This document shows, piece by piece, positions 19,531 through 30,201 of a stretch of DNA of 64,000 nt. Source of the stretch: Bacteroidales bacterium (lineage in GTDB: Bacteria; Bacteroidota; Bacteroidia; Bacteroidales; UBA932); contig JAKSJK010000001.1 in assembly GCA_024398095.1 (NCBI GenBank), forward strand, positions 8,848 through 72,847, read 5' to 3'. A program made the position numbers and the translations under genes. Below the pieces are notes generated by a model that worked only from the letters and a program-made list of their open reading frames with translations, was not told the origin of the DNA and did no database searches. Every line of letters begins with the position of its first letter. Positions within the stretch are counted from its first letter, which is position 1.

Positions 19531-22500
19531 TTATTTGTCGATTTGGTAACGATACATCGCAAAACTGTTCTTCCGAGGAAGGCTGAATGTAATCGAGCCA
19601 TCCTTCGAAGCGCTTGAGGAGAAATCGGATCCACAGCCGAGCACGCAGGTGAAATTCACCTTTGCAGACTGAGGGAACCAGGTCTTCAGATCCTGGCTTT
19701 CATCTTCGTTGTCCTCCCTGAACACGAGTACGAAGCCCTTATTGCCGTTCACGGACTGGAAACCGGTCCAGGAGCGGCCGGAAGGTTCGTTTCCTATCGG
19801 CAGAATGGTGCCCTCGTGGAATTCAGGGGCAAGGGAGACATAATCTTTGATCAGCTGGGCGCAGTCGTAGGCTTCTTCAGGAAGATTGGATGCTTCCATC
19901 CAGGCCAGGGGCTGACCGGCCATGGAAGTTGCGAAGATATAGCTGAAATCATAGGACTGAGGAGCAAATTCGCAGCCTTCGTAGCGCTCGGCATTCCTCC
20001 ACTTGTTGAGGAATTCGATCTGGAGCCTTTCTGCAGGCACATAAGGACTGAGCTGCCAGAGGTTGCGCAGGGTCCAGTACGGATAGTAATTCCTCCAGTC
20101 GGTATAGCGGTTCTCGAGGAAGGTGTTGCCATATTCATTGAACATATGGTAGCCTCCACGGCGGCCTGCGGTGGCGTCCAGGTTGAAAACTACCTGGTTG
20201 GCTGTCTTCTCCAACACGCCGTCGAAGAACTTCCTGAGATTGGCTTCTGCTTTCTTGGTCGGTACTGCAAGCCCGTCAATCTTGAAGACCTTGATGCCGT
20301 ACTCCTCATAGAGCCTTACGACAGCCTCCACATCCTTCTCCCAGTCCTCGAAATCATTCTGTACGCTGGGATTGAACCACAGACCGAGTTCGATTCCGAG
20401 TTCCTTGGCCTTGGCCACCACTGGAGCGAGGCCGTGCGGATACTTGTCCCTGGCCGGAGTCCAATACAGAGGGTTGTCGTGGATGTTCTTGAAAGAGCCC
20501 TTTGCAACTGCGGAATTGGGGCTCTTGCCTTCCTGCCAGCCATCGTCGATCTGGAAATGGGTAATACCCAGGCGGGCAGCCTTCTCGAGTTCCTGGATGC
20601 AGAATGACTCATTCACCTTAGCGTCCTGACTGCGGTCGCCCCAGGTGTTCATCATCACCATTTCGTCCCTGCCCTCCATGTGGACACGGATCTGCTTCTG
20701 ATAGCAGCGGAGAGCCTGCAGCGCTGCAAGTTCACCCACACCGTAGGCTCCGGTGACGCAGGAGTAGAGTTTTACCCACTCCCCTCCTGCGAGATCCGAT
20801 GCTTCAGCACCGAGTCCCACCACGGCGAAGGAGCCGGCCTCGACTTCGAAATCCTTGCCCGGATATGCCAGTTGCACTGAAGAGCATGGCGCCTCCTTGA
20901 GGAAGAAGAGTCCGTTGCCGTCGGTGTCACGCGCGAAAAGCAGGTTTCCGCGGTAACCCAGTTTGCGGTATGGTATGAAATCCACGGTCTTGACGAGGTT
21001 GTTGTTCCAGTCGGTGACATCGCTGAACTCGACAGCCTTGGCGTGCCAATGGTCGCCGCCTGGCACGAACAGGTCCAGACGCAAGGACTGCTTGCGTCCC
21101 TGCTGCATATCCTCCTTGGATTCAATATTCTTATGATCGGCCACATTGTCCGAAGCATTCTTGGAAAGACCTGCCGCCTTCCCGCTCAGGCTCCGAACGA
21201 AATTGTCCACTGCCAGAGCCGGGCAATTCTCGTAAATACGCCATTCGCGTCTGATCTCATAGTCGCCGTAACGGTAGGACACGACGGCGAGCATATGCGC
21301 CGGACGAATACCATCAGAAGGAACCAAAGTGACTTCCAGATTACCGTCAGAGGCTTCAGATGGAGTTTCACTCACGACAAAGTCAGGAGCATCGGCCTTG
21401 TTGCGGAACTCCCTGCCAGTGGTCTTGTCCTCGATCGCGAGGGTAATGAGATTGCCTCCGTTCCATTTGAACGACCTGTGTATCAGAGAGTTGCCAAGAT
21501 GAAGAGTCTCTCCGTCCAGCACGGCGTAGCAGGAAGTAGATGCATGCTCAGGATCGGCATCGACATAGGCCTTAGGCTTAGGCAGGAACTTGTTTGCCAG
21601 ATTGAATTTCTGGTTATTGAGTTCCACACCCTCCTTTGCGGCGCCCTTTTTCATAGCCGCCTTGAGTTCCGGAAGATAGTCGGTGTAGACAGCACGCGGA
21701 TCGCAGGATTTCTCGTTGCAGATTTTTGCGGCCATACCCACGACCTCACCCATCATACCGGTGGTCCTCATCACACGCACGGTGCCGAGACCGATGTGGG
21801 TGCAGCTGATGTTGCGGCCGGCCATGAAAAGGTTGGATATGTTCCTGGAATAGAAGCATCTGTATGGAATCTCATACGGAAAAATCCAGTCGTGCACGGT
21901 AGCCGACTTGAACTCGTTCTCTGGGAAAAGTTGTGTATTCTTCTTGTCCGGGAAGTGAAGGTCGATGCTCCACGAGGTAGTACAGGTGGCGTCATCGTAA
22001 TGGATCGCCTTGTCTATGTCGTTCTGGTCGAGGATATGGTCACCCAGCAGACGGCGCGACTCTCTTTTACCGGCCACATAAGCCACCCAGTCGAGGCTGC
22101 GACGGGCATATTTCTCTTTCTCCACATGGTTCTTGAGTGCACTCCAGTTGGAATACACGACGAGCAGGCCGTAGTCTCTGACCCTTTCGGCCTCCCAGAC
22201 CTGGTCTCTGTTCATGCCGGTTTCCCAGGTCCACTCGCCCATGGTGACTTTCTGGGCGTTGGTGGAATCAAAGGTCACGCCGTAGGAGAACTCAGGGAAA
22301 CTGGTTTCTGTCTTATCTTCCTTGGAATACCACTGCACGGAAGCACCCATGACCAACTGGTCCGCTACTTCCGGAGCCGAGCGCTCGTTGAACTCGGACT
22401 TGGCCTCGCGGCCCTGGGTCCAGTCCGCACCCGCGAGATAGCCTATGGTTCCGTCACCTGTACAATCGGAGAAGATCGGAGCCTGAAGGATGATTTCCTC

Positions 22501-23442
22501 GCCGTTTTCGATGTGCTTGATGGTAACTGAGACTATCCTGTCATTGCTTGTTTCTACGGCAAAAGCGTGGTATGGAGCCAGGAGGTCGATGTTTTCTTCT
22601 GCATCTATGAACCTCTGCTTGGCTTCATCCTCATAGTATTCAGCCGGATTGGCATTGCCCTTCCTGGTGTGGCCGAACTCTCTCTGCATGCGTCCGAGCC
22701 TGTTGTAAGGACCGAGTTCCACATGTCCGCCCAGATGCACCCTGATCTCGGAACTGTTGTTTCCGCCGAGGATAGGACGGTCATTGACCAGGGCGACTTT
22801 CAGGCCGCTGCGGGCTGCAGTCACAGCAGCACACATACCGGCGATACCGCCACCCACGACCACGAAATCGTAGTTCCTGGTGCTGCTCAGTACCGGATTC
22901 ATGCTTCTGCGGAGTTCATTGTTGCCCTTCACGTCAGCAGGCAGCGAGACATTCTCATCCTTGCTCAGGAAGATCGCGTCACACCTGCCGTCGAAGCCGC
23001 TGAGATCACTCAGGCTGAGCGTGGTCTTGCTCTTTCGGACTTTGGCACAGCCGGCGTACTGCCATTCCCAGGACGAACCAGTGCAGCCTAACTCCCTGCC
23101 GAGGCTCTTGCCATCGACCTTCACCACGAAGGAACCCGGGCCCTTCTCGGAAGTCCATGGAGAAGTCCAGTTATAGGTACGTACCCATACATGCCATACG
23201 CCCTTTTCAAGTTTGAGAACGGTGGAGGCATCGCTCACCGGAATACCCATGCCATGGGCAATCAGATAAGGGGACCCCATGATGTCCATGAACTGCTGAT
23301 CGACCTGCCAGCCGCCTTTGCTGCTGAAGTTCTCAGCCTCCACGAAAACCTGAGACTGTGCGTGGGCAGCGACGCCTGCAAGCATGGCTGCGGCCAGGAA
23401 AAGGCTCCTGGCGATCCTAAGGAAACTACTCTGCATCTGCAT
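19531..23442 (-). CDS. Fusion: CBM-like domain + FAD-dependent oxidoreductase + GH36-like (clan GH-D) alpha-glycosidase
   Basis: Start moved to MQMQSSF, which gives a signal peptide. VVVGGGIAG FAD motif, DCTGDG, RESRR, NLFMAGRNIS; C-half MNTWGD, FQIDDGW, GLWFNP, FKID. Confidence 0.85.
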   Translation of the reverse strand: MQMQSSFLRIARSLFLAAAMLAGVAAHAQSQVFVEAENFSSKGGWQVDQQFMDIMGSPYLIAHGMGIPVSDASTVLKLEKGVWHVWVRTYNWTSPWTSEKGPGSFVVKVDGKSLGRELGCTGSSWEWQYAGCAKVRKSKTTLSLSDLSGFDGRCDAIFLSKDENVSLPADVKGNNELRRSMNPVLSSTRNYDFVVVGGGIAGMCAAVTAARSGLKVALVNDRPILGGNNSSEIRVHLGGHVELGPYNRLGRMQREFGHTRKGNANPAEYYEDEAKQRFIDAEENIDLLAPYHAFAVETSNDRIVSVTIKHIENGEEIILQAPIFSDCTGDGTIGYLAGADWTQGREAKSEFNERSAPEVADQLVMGASVQWYSKEDKTETSFPEFSYGVTFDSTNAQKVTMGEWTWETGMNRDQVWEAERVRDYGLLVVYSNWSALKNHVEKEKYARRSLDWVAYVAGKRESRRLLGDHILDQNDIDKAIHYDDATCTTSWSIDLHFPDKKNTQLFPENEFKSATVHDWIFPYEIPYRCFYSRNISNLFMAGRNISCTHIGLGTVRVMRTTGMMGEVVGMAAKICNEKSCDPRAVYTDYLPELKAAMKKGAAKEGVELNNQKFNLANKFLPKPKAYVDADPEHASTSCYAVLDGETLHLGNSLIHRSFKWNGGNLITLAIEDKTTGREFRNKADAPDFVVSETPSEASDGNLEVTLVPSDGIRPAHMLAVVSYRYGDYEIRREWRIYENCPALAVDNFVRSLSGKAAGLSKNASDNVADHKNIESKEDMQQGRKQSLRLDLFVPGGDHWHAKAVEFSDVTDWNNNLVKTVDFIPYRKLGYRGNLLFARDTDGNGLFFLKEAPCSSVQLAYPGKDFEVEAGSFAVVGLGAEASDLAGGEWVKLYSCVTGAYGVGELAALQALRCYQKQIRVHMEGRDEMVMMNTWGDRSQDAKVNESFCIQELEKAARLGITHFQIDDGWQEGKSPNSAVAKGSFKNIHDNPLYWTPARDKYPHGLAPVVAKAKELGIELGLWFNPSVQNDFEDWEKDVEAVVRLYEEYGIKVFKIDGLAVPTKKAEANLRKFFDGVLEKTANQVVFNLDATAGRRGGYHMFNEYGNTFLENRYTDWRNYYPYWTLRNLWQLSPYVPAERLQIEFLNKWRNAERYEGCEFAPQSYDFSYIFATSMAGQPLAWMEASNLPEEAYDCAQLIKDYVSLAPEFHEGTILPIGNEPSGRSWTGFQSVNGNKGFVLVFREDNEDESQDLKTWFPQSAKVNFTCVLGCGSDFSSSASKDGSITFSLPRKNSFAMYRYQIDK

Positions 23443-26400
23443 TTGCTTTGAATTCTGTCGGAGACTGACCGAAGTGGCGTCTGAAGCAAACACTGAAGTA
23501 CTTCGGACTCGCAAAACCTGTCATGGTCGAGATCTCCGCGATTGTGTACTCTGACTCCCTGAGAAGCTGGCTTGCTCTCTTGAGTCGTATATCCAGGATG
23601 AACTCCTTGATGCTCATGCCGGTGAGATCGTTGATCTTTTGGTAGAGCCTGGTCCTGGCGATGGCCATGTCGGACACAAAGTCCTCCACGCCGTAATCTT
23701 CATTTTCAAAATTCCTCTCTATGAAGCCGACTGCCTTCTTCATGAGTTCCTCATCCACTGAACTGGTCGCAATCTTCGACGGCTCGGCTACGAACCTGCG
23801 GCTGAAGAGTTCCTTGAGTTTGTCTTGGTTGCGGATCAGGTTGGCCACCTGCTTGAGAAGGTAATCCATGTCCACCGGTTTGTCAATGAACACATTCGCA
23901 CCGCTTTCAAGCGCCTCGATCTTGAAATTGGTGTTGTCTCCGGTGGCCGAGAGGGCTATTATAGGAATATGGGAAGTCTTGATATCATTCCTCAAGGCCT
24001 GGCAGACCTCGAAGCCGCTGGCTCCAGGCATAAGCAGGTCGGTGATGATGACACGAGGCATAATGCGGCCGGCTTTGGCGATGCCGTCATTACCGTTTGC
24101 GGCCGTATAGACGTTATAATGCTTGGAAAGTCTCTTCTCCAGATATGAACGCAGTTGCGCGTCGTCCTCGATCACCAGGACATCGTCGGCCTTGCGGGTG
24201 TGATTGACATCTTCTTCCTGCATCTCGTCTATCTCGCTGATCATGGCATCGATTTCTGCCGTGGCGTAGTCATAGACATCCTCCTGGGTCTCTTCAGGGA
24301 CCACCACGGCAGCACTTTCCTCACAAGGCACCAGAGGCAGCAGAACGGTGAAACTTACGTTGTTGTCTGCGGAGGCCACGGAGATGGTACCCTTCATGTC
24401 GGTCACCAGAGCCTGCACGATCGCCAGGCCCAGACCGGTATGCGATTCGAACTCGAGCTTGGTCTTGCCCTCATCATTGAAAGGCTCGAAGATGGACTTG
24501 TATTTGCTCTGAGGGATCTCGCTGCCAGAATTGGTCACGGTGAAACTGATCCAGGTCGCCTCGGGGCTCACTGACTCGTCCGCAGGGATTTCTGCTTCGC
24601 CTGCCAGAGCGATGCGCACACCGACGTATCCCTCCTCGGTGGTATATTTGATGGCGTTGGAGAAAAGGTTGGTAAAGACCTTCTCGACCATTTCAGCATC
24701 AAACAACGCAGGATAAGACTCCACCCAGGACAAGAATTCGGTCTCGATCTGCTTCTTGTTCGCATAGAACTCAAAGAGAGAGAAGACACTGTCCACGAAC
24801 TTGACAATATCACCAGGGCCCACATTGACAGGAGCCTTTACCGTCTCTATCTGACGGAACTGGAGCAACTGGGTGAGCATACGCTGTATCCTGGCCACAT
24901 TCCTGCCGATCATAGACACCAGGTTCTGATATGGAGCATCGGACGGGATCTGCTGTTCCAGCTGTTTCAGAGGGTCCACTACCAAGGTCAGCGGAGTCTT
25001 CAGGTCATGGGAAATATTTGTAAAGAACTCATTGCGCACGCGATTGAGTTCACGGAGATTCTCTTCTTTCTCCATTTCCAGTTCCAACTGCTGCTCGAGC
25101 ATCTTCCTTCGGGTCGTATAGTTCCAGAGGGTCCACACGAGGATGCCTATCAGTAATATGTACACCAGCCAGGCAAGAGGCGACAACAGAGGATGCGGCT
25201 TGATCACGATGCGGATGGAACTTACCTCGTCCCCCCAGATTCCGACATTGTTGGCAGCCTTCACCTCAAAGCGGTAATGTCCGGCACGGAGGTTCAGGAA
25301 ACGGACGAAATTCTGCCCGGCCGGCAAGACGGTCCACTTGTCGGAAAGACCGACCATCCTGTAGGCAAAACTATTCTTTTCGATTTCCAGGTAACTGTCA
25401 GAAGAAAAACCAATCTCGAAATTGGACTGCCTGCGCTTCAGTCTCACCGGCTGACCAGGTCTGCCATAAGGCTGGTCATTCACAAGGAAAGAGGTAAAGA
25501 AAGCCTTAGGCTTGTAACTGTTCCTGTTGACCTTCAACGGATTGAACGATATCAGTCCGTTGGTGCCGCCGAAAATCAGTCTGCCGTCGCTGGCAGAGAA
25601 GGCAGACCTGAGATAATAGGCACCGCACTCTCCTTTGGAACCAATGTTCGACTTCTCGAACAAGCCGCTTTCCTTGCGATAGACATAGAGGCCGGAATCG
25701 GTACTCATCCAGACATCGCCGCTGACATTGTCCCTGAGTATGCCAAAGACACAGATGCCATCAAGTCCCCTGCCCTCGGAGTCCCTGACGAGTTCCATGC
25801 CTCCATCCAGACTCAGTCTGGCTACTCCGGCTCCTTTGGTACCGAACCAGATCTCAGACAGGCCGGTCCTGCAGAAACAAGTCAGATTATTCAGGCGTAT
25901 GTCATTGCCTTCAATTCTGAAGCGTCTGATGATCTCCCTGCTGACAGGATCAACCACGACGACTCCGACATGAGTTGCCAGTACAAGCATTCCGTCCGGG
26001 CTCTTGGAGATAGCTTCAGTCCTCAGACGTGACTCGGAACCGTCAGGCTCCAGGCCGTAAACTCTCTCCACTTTCCCCGTAGAACGTTTCCAGTACATGA
26101 GGTCCGTGTCCGGATTGGACAACCAGATGCCATCGTTCCCGTCCACCTCAAAATCATAGACAGACAGAGGGCTGTGGTCGTCTGGATCCAGGATATTGAG
26201 ATTGCGTAGAGTGTAATTGTTCAGGTCCAGGCAGCATATGCCGCCGCGGAAAGATGCGATGTAGAGAGTGTTACCTATGCATTTGAGCCTCTTGATCCTG
26301 GAAATATCAGACGGCTGCGACTGTTTGATCTGGAAGTCCACGAAACAGTTGTGTTCAAGATCACGGCAAAGCAGTCCGCCGCCCTCGCTGCCGATCCAGA

Positions 26401-27463
26401 GCCGTCCCTGAGCATCTTCCGCGAAAGCGCTCACGATCGGATGGTTCAAGCCGTCCACGGACGGGTTCAGCACGGTTACGTCATCGTCTTCGAAGGACTG
26501 GTAGGCCAGCTTGCCACCATATGTTCCTATCCACAATCCCCTTTCGTTGCCGGGGCTGAAGCACCAGACCGATTCGTTCGGTATGGAATGCGGATTCTTC
26601 AGATCGGAGTGCATCAGGCTGGTTTCGCCTGTACGCGGATCAACGAACTGCAGACCAGTCTGGGTCGCCACCAGGATGTTTCCGTCAGCACCGATGTGGA
26701 GCTGCTTGCTCAGAACCGCCTTTCCGTTCTCACGCGGAGCGGCGAAATGTGCTGTCACGCTGCCGTCCGGGGTACATTGGAATATGCCGTCGCTCTCGGA
26801 AAGAATGTAATACTTCCCGTCCAGTTCCTCGATGTCCGCGATTGCGGGCGACTGATTCCTATCCGCGGAACGGTCTGCATATGTTCCCATGAGCGAAAAT
26901 GCACCAGTCTGTACATCCAGGCGCCATAAGGTGGAGGAAGCGGAAATGAAAACAGAGGAAGGGGTGCAATGGCAGGCATCGGGCCTGACATCCTTCAGAG
27001 GATAGGAGCTGAGGCTTCCGTCCCAAGCACGGCAGGTCAGCACATCATCCATCAGGAACCACAAGCGGCCTTGCCCGTCGATTTCCAGGATGGAAAAGCC
27101 GCAAGGACTCTCCAGGATGAATTCACCTGTTTCATGGTCCATGCGGAAGAGACCCACATTGGTGGACACGAAGAGGCTGCCGTCCGGAGTGGAACGGACG
27201 GAACGGTAATCGAGAGGGGTCCCCGGAGAAGGGTTTTCCAGTCTTACCTGCTTGAAGGCAATCCCGTCAAAGACGAAGAAAGCATCCGTACCAGTGAACC
27301 AGATACGTCCCAGTGCATCTTCGGCAATACTGTTGATGCCACCGTAATATGAAGTCTCAGGCATACGGTGGAAACGATATTCACTTGTACCAATCGAGTA
27401 GGCCGCCACCTGCGAGAACAGCAGGGCGGCAGCAAGCAAGGTTAAGTTGCGTAGTCTTGTCAT
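23426..27463 (-). CDS. Hybrid two-component system (sensor kinase/response regulator/AraC)
   Basis: Beta-propeller repeats, Y_Y_Y domain, TM helix, NISHDLKTPL, NLFSNAIKYT, GLGL, receiver IEDD...TDLLMP, AraC HTH. Confidence 0.96.
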   Translation of the reverse strand: MTRLRNLTLLAAALLFSQVAAYSIGTSEYRFHRMPETSYYGGINSIAEDALGRIWFTGTDAFFVFDGIAFKQVRLENPSPGTPLDYRSVRSTPDGSLFVSTNVGLFRMDHETGEFILESPCGFSILEIDGQGRLWFLMDDVLTCRAWDGSLSSYPLKDVRPDACHCTPSSVFISASSTLWRLDVQTGAFSLMGTYADRSADRNQSPAIADIEELDGKYYILSESDGIFQCTPDGSVTAHFAAPRENGKAVLSKQLHIGADGNILVATQTGLQFVDPRTGETSLMHSDLKNPHSIPNESVWCFSPGNERGLWIGTYGGKLAYQSFEDDDVTVLNPSVDGLNHPIVSAFAEDAQGRLWIGSEGGGLLCRDLEHNCFVDFQIKQSQPSDISRIKRLKCIGNTLYIASFRGGICCLDLNNYTLRNLNILDPDDHSPLSVYDFEVDGNDGIWLSNPDTDLMYWKRSTGKVERVYGLEPDGSESRLRTEAISKSPDGMLVLATHVGVVVVDPVSREIIRRFRIEGNDIRLNNLTCFCRTGLSEIWFGTKGAGVARLSLDGGMELVRDSEGRGLDGICVFGILRDNVSGDVWMSTDSGLYVYRKESGLFEKSNIGSKGECGAYYLRSAFSASDGRLIFGGTNGLISFNPLKVNRNSYKPKAFFTSFLVNDQPYGRPGQPVRLKRRQSNFEIGFSSDSYLEIEKNSFAYRMVGLSDKWTVLPAGQNFVRFLNLRAGHYRFEVKAANNVGIWGDEVSSIRIVIKPHPLLSPLAWLVYILLIGILVWTLWNYTTRRKMLEQQLELEMEKEENLRELNRVRNEFFTNISHDLKTPLTLVVDPLKQLEQQIPSDAPYQNLVSMIGRNVARIQRMLTQLLQFRQIETVKAPVNVGPGDIVKFVDSVFSLFEFYANKKQIETEFLSWVESYPALFDAEMVEKVFTNLFSNAIKYTTEEGYVGVRIALAGEAEIPADESVSPEATWISFTVTNSGSEIPQSKYKSIFEPFNDEGKTKLEFESHTGLGLAIVQALVTDMKGTISVASADNNVSFTVLLPLVPCEESAAVVVPEETQEDVYDYATAEIDAMISEIDEMQEEDVNHTRKADDVLVIEDDAQLRSYLEKRLSKHYNVYTAANGNDGIAKAGRIMPRVIITDLLMPGASGFEVCQALRNDIKTSHIPIIALSATGDNTNFKIEALESGANVFIDKPVDMDYLLKQVANLIRNQDKLKELFSRRFVAEPSKIATSSVDEELMKKAVGFIERNFENEDYGVEDFVSDMAIARTRLYQKINDLTGMSIKEFILDIRLKRASQLLRESEYTIAEISTMTGFASPKYFSVCFRRHFGQSPTEFKANADAE

Positions 27464-27467
27464 GATA

Positions 27468-27475
27468 CAAATATA
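27468..27475 (-). promoter_or_regulatory. -7 element (TATATTTG) for the HTCS gene
   Basis: TAnnTTTG 4 nt upstream of the HTCS ATG, in a 22-bp AT-rich gap. Confidence 0.6.
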
Positions 27476-27485
27476 TAAAATATTA

Positions 27486-30194
27486 TCAGCGGAGGAAAGT
27501 ACTGAGGAAGTCTTCGTCTACTTCGGCCGAAGGATTGAAATCCTGACTGTGGACATATTTGTCCAGACTGTACATGAAATTCATAGCCGCAGGGCTGGCC
27601 TGGAACTCGGCATCCATCCTCAAAGGCATCAGCAGAAGACTGCCACCGAGCATCCTGGCTTCGAACCCGAGGCCCAGTTTGCGGTTGCTGTCAAAAGCGT
27701 CGATGACCTGGATGAAAGGACGCAGCCCAGCAGGGGCTTCCTGCATCTCAATGACCTTGGAAGCAGGGATGATGTCCCACCACTGCCAATCGGTGTGATA
27801 AGAGCAAGGGAAAGCATCGAAAAGGTGCGAGTTATGATCTATCAGGCAGCCGATGGTCATAGGCTTCCATGCGAACATGATAGGGTTCCAGAAATGGTTA
27901 GGGAAGACCGATTTACGGCCCTCTACCTGCTCAGGATCCGGCGTCAGCACCAGCCTGCCACCCTTAGAAAGATGGTCCTTCGCTGCTTCATCGAGGCTGG
28001 TGGCATACATCACTTCAGAGTCACTGGAGGCCTGACGTACATGAGGATAGACCCATAGGTCCCAGCTGTTCTCGCCCACACCAGCTATTGCCACGACGAG
28101 TTTCAGACTGCTGGCTTTCTTGAGTCTGAGACTCTTGAAGTCAATGCTGAAACTACGGCCAGGGGAAACGGCATAGGCATCGAAACTCATCTTGCCGGCA
28201 TTGCCCTTGCGGAGAATCCTGCCGTCGGAATCGAGCAGTTTCCAGCTGATGGATGCAGCCTTCGAGACAGACGGGGTATAGTTGTAGGCTTCTACCTTCG
28301 CCTCAAACTTTTCATCGTTGTAGAAAGTGCATTTCGGGAAACGGAGCAGCACGGTGGAAGGAGCGCAGAAACGCCTCCACTGCTCTGGGGTGATCAGGCC
28401 CTTGGAATCCCAGAAAGGGTCCAGGATGCCCACAGGAGCATAGCCCTGTTCCGGGAGGTCATTGATGGAAAGCAGCTGGAAGCCGGCGCTCTTGGAGGAG
28501 CGGAGATGTGCTTCCATTACTCCCTTATACTCGAGTACGGTCAAGGCTCCGGAGGCACGGAAGAAGTCTTCGGCCTGGTCGGCCATACCGTTGGCGGCAA
28601 GCATGTCGCGCCAGAGTTCCAGATTGCGCGGTCTCACAGGGCCGTGATATTTCGAGATCTCGGTAAAGTGCGGATAGACGCACCTCTGGCCGGATTCGTG
28701 CGATATGATAGGCACGTCCACATCACAGGCCTCGTTGGTGTCCCAATCGGTTCCCGGGCGGCCTTCATACACCTTAGCAGGGCCCTTAGGCGTATCCTGG
28801 GAAATGTAGTACTGGTCTGAAGGGACGCGTGTCCTTGCGGTAGATCCACTGTAGAGATGGCGGGAATCTTTTGCTATCGCGCTGGAAGTGAGTTCTTCCA
28901 CAAAATCGAAATTACCCTGGATCTCGTTGCCGTTGCAGTAGAGCAGGAAGGACGGATGGTTGCCATAGTACTTGAGGATGGCCATGATCTCCCTGCGGAA
29001 GAAATTGTAGCGGGCCTCGTCTTCCAAAGCATCCTTGCCCCACATAGGCATCTCGATCTCGAAATAGATACCTGCCTTGTCCGCTGCACGGAAAGCAGCA
29101 TCTGGAGGACACCAGGAATGGAAACGCATGTGGTTGAGACCATAATCCTTGCATATGGACATGATCCTGGTCCACTCCTCTTCTTCCACTGGAGCATAAC
29201 CGGTCTTAGGGAAGACAGCGTTCTCCACGGTGCCACGCAGGTGTATAGGGTGTCCGTTGAGCAGGATGTGGTGCCTGTCGCGACCTATGCTCCTCATGCC
29301 GAAATCGACGCTGAGAGAGTGCTGGGAGCCGTCCTCGGAAACAATCTCGACCTTGGCTTTGTAGAGCTCGGGATTGAATTCGTCCCACAACTGGACATCC
29401 TCGAGTCCTACGGTTTCAGAAAGCAGGTTCTCCCCTGGAGAAAGATGGGCCTTGCTTTCCTTGACAACAGTCTTTCCGTCCGGAGAGCAGACGCTGAGGC
29501 GGATCCTGGCATCAGTATCCTTGCCTGTGGTGTTCTCTATGGTCAGACGCGCTTCCACGCTGCTCTGATCCACATCCGGATACATCTGCATCTCTTCCAC
29601 ATAGACCGGATCCAGGGCATAGAGTTTGAACTCTCCGAGGATGCCGTTCCAGTTGATCTGGGTGAATTCCGTGTGGGCATGATCCCACTTATGGGTCTCA
29701 TACTGGAAACGGTTATCGATACAAAGGGTAATCCTGTGAGTCTGGCCCGGAGTCACGAAATCCGTGATGTCGTGAACGTGTGGAACGCTCACATAGTCCT
29801 GGCGGCTGACTTCCTTGGTATCCACCCACACGCAGGAAAGCCAGTGGGTTCGTTCCATGTAGAGGAAAATGCGTTTGCCGGCCCAGTCAGCGGGGAATTC
29901 GATGTCACGCTGATACCAGGCAGGGGCCATGTACTCGTACAGACGGGTCAGACGGTCCACATAGCAATAAGGATTCTCGAAACCGATCTTGTTGTCGTCA
30001 GTGGTTCCTGGGAGCATGATGGTGGACTGCAGTTTGTGCTTGTAACGGGGAGAAAGCGAGCCCCTGCGGAAATCCATCACGTCGGCTTGGAATCCCCATT
30101 CACCGGAAAGGTCCAAGACCTTGTCCTGGGCCATTCCTGAAACGGAAAGCAGAGCCAATGCGACTGCTGCAAGTATCTGTTTTGTCAAGTTCAT
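27486..30194 (-). CDS. GH2 glycoside hydrolase (specificity unknown)
   Basis: Start moved to MNLTKQ. LDLSGEW, WNGILG, LWDEFNPELY, RFHSWCPP, NHPSF..NGNE, SHESGQ. Confidence 0.9.
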   Translation of the reverse strand: MNLTKQILAAVALALLSVSGMAQDKVLDLSGEWGFQADVMDFRRGSLSPRYKHKLQSTIMLPGTTDDNKIGFENPYCYVDRLTRLYEYMAPAWYQRDIEFPADWAGKRIFLYMERTHWLSCVWVDTKEVSRQDYVSVPHVHDITDFVTPGQTHRITLCIDNRFQYETHKWDHAHTEFTQINWNGILGEFKLYALDPVYVEEMQMYPDVDQSSVEARLTIENTTGKDTDARIRLSVCSPDGKTVVKESKAHLSPGENLLSETVGLEDVQLWDEFNPELYKAKVEIVSEDGSQHSLSVDFGMRSIGRDRHHILLNGHPIHLRGTVENAVFPKTGYAPVEEEEWTRIMSICKDYGLNHMRFHSWCPPDAAFRAADKAGIYFEIEMPMWGKDALEDEARYNFFRREIMAILKYYGNHPSFLLYCNGNEIQGNFDFVEELTSSAIAKDSRHLYSGSTARTRVPSDQYYISQDTPKGPAKVYEGRPGTDWDTNEACDVDVPIISHESGQRCVYPHFTEISKYHGPVRPRNLELWRDMLAANGMADQAEDFFRASGALTVLEYKGVMEAHLRSSKSAGFQLLSINDLPEQGYAPVGILDPFWDSKGLITPEQWRRFCAPSTVLLRFPKCTFYNDEKFEAKVEAYNYTPSVSKAASISWKLLDSDGRILRKGNAGKMSFDAYAVSPGRSFSIDFKSLRLKKASSLKLVVAIAGVGENSWDLWVYPHVRQASSDSEVMYATSLDEAAKDHLSKGGRLVLTPDPEQVEGRKSVFPNHFWNPIMFAWKPMTIGCLIDHNSHLFDAFPCSYHTDWQWWDIIPASKVIEMQEAPAGLRPFIQVIDAFDSNRKLGLGFEARMLGGSLLLMPLRMDAEFQASPAAMNFMYSLDKYVHSQDFNPSAEVDEDFLSTFLR

Positions 30195-30201
30195 CTGAGA
30201 C

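Noticed and set aside
23443-23514. Extended N-termini in the ORF track (also 6634..6720, 30195..30215, 34788..34823, 59819..59851, 59834..59920)
   Set aside because: They overlap neighbouring genes or promoters. Downstream ATGs give clean signal peptides or canonical N-termini.
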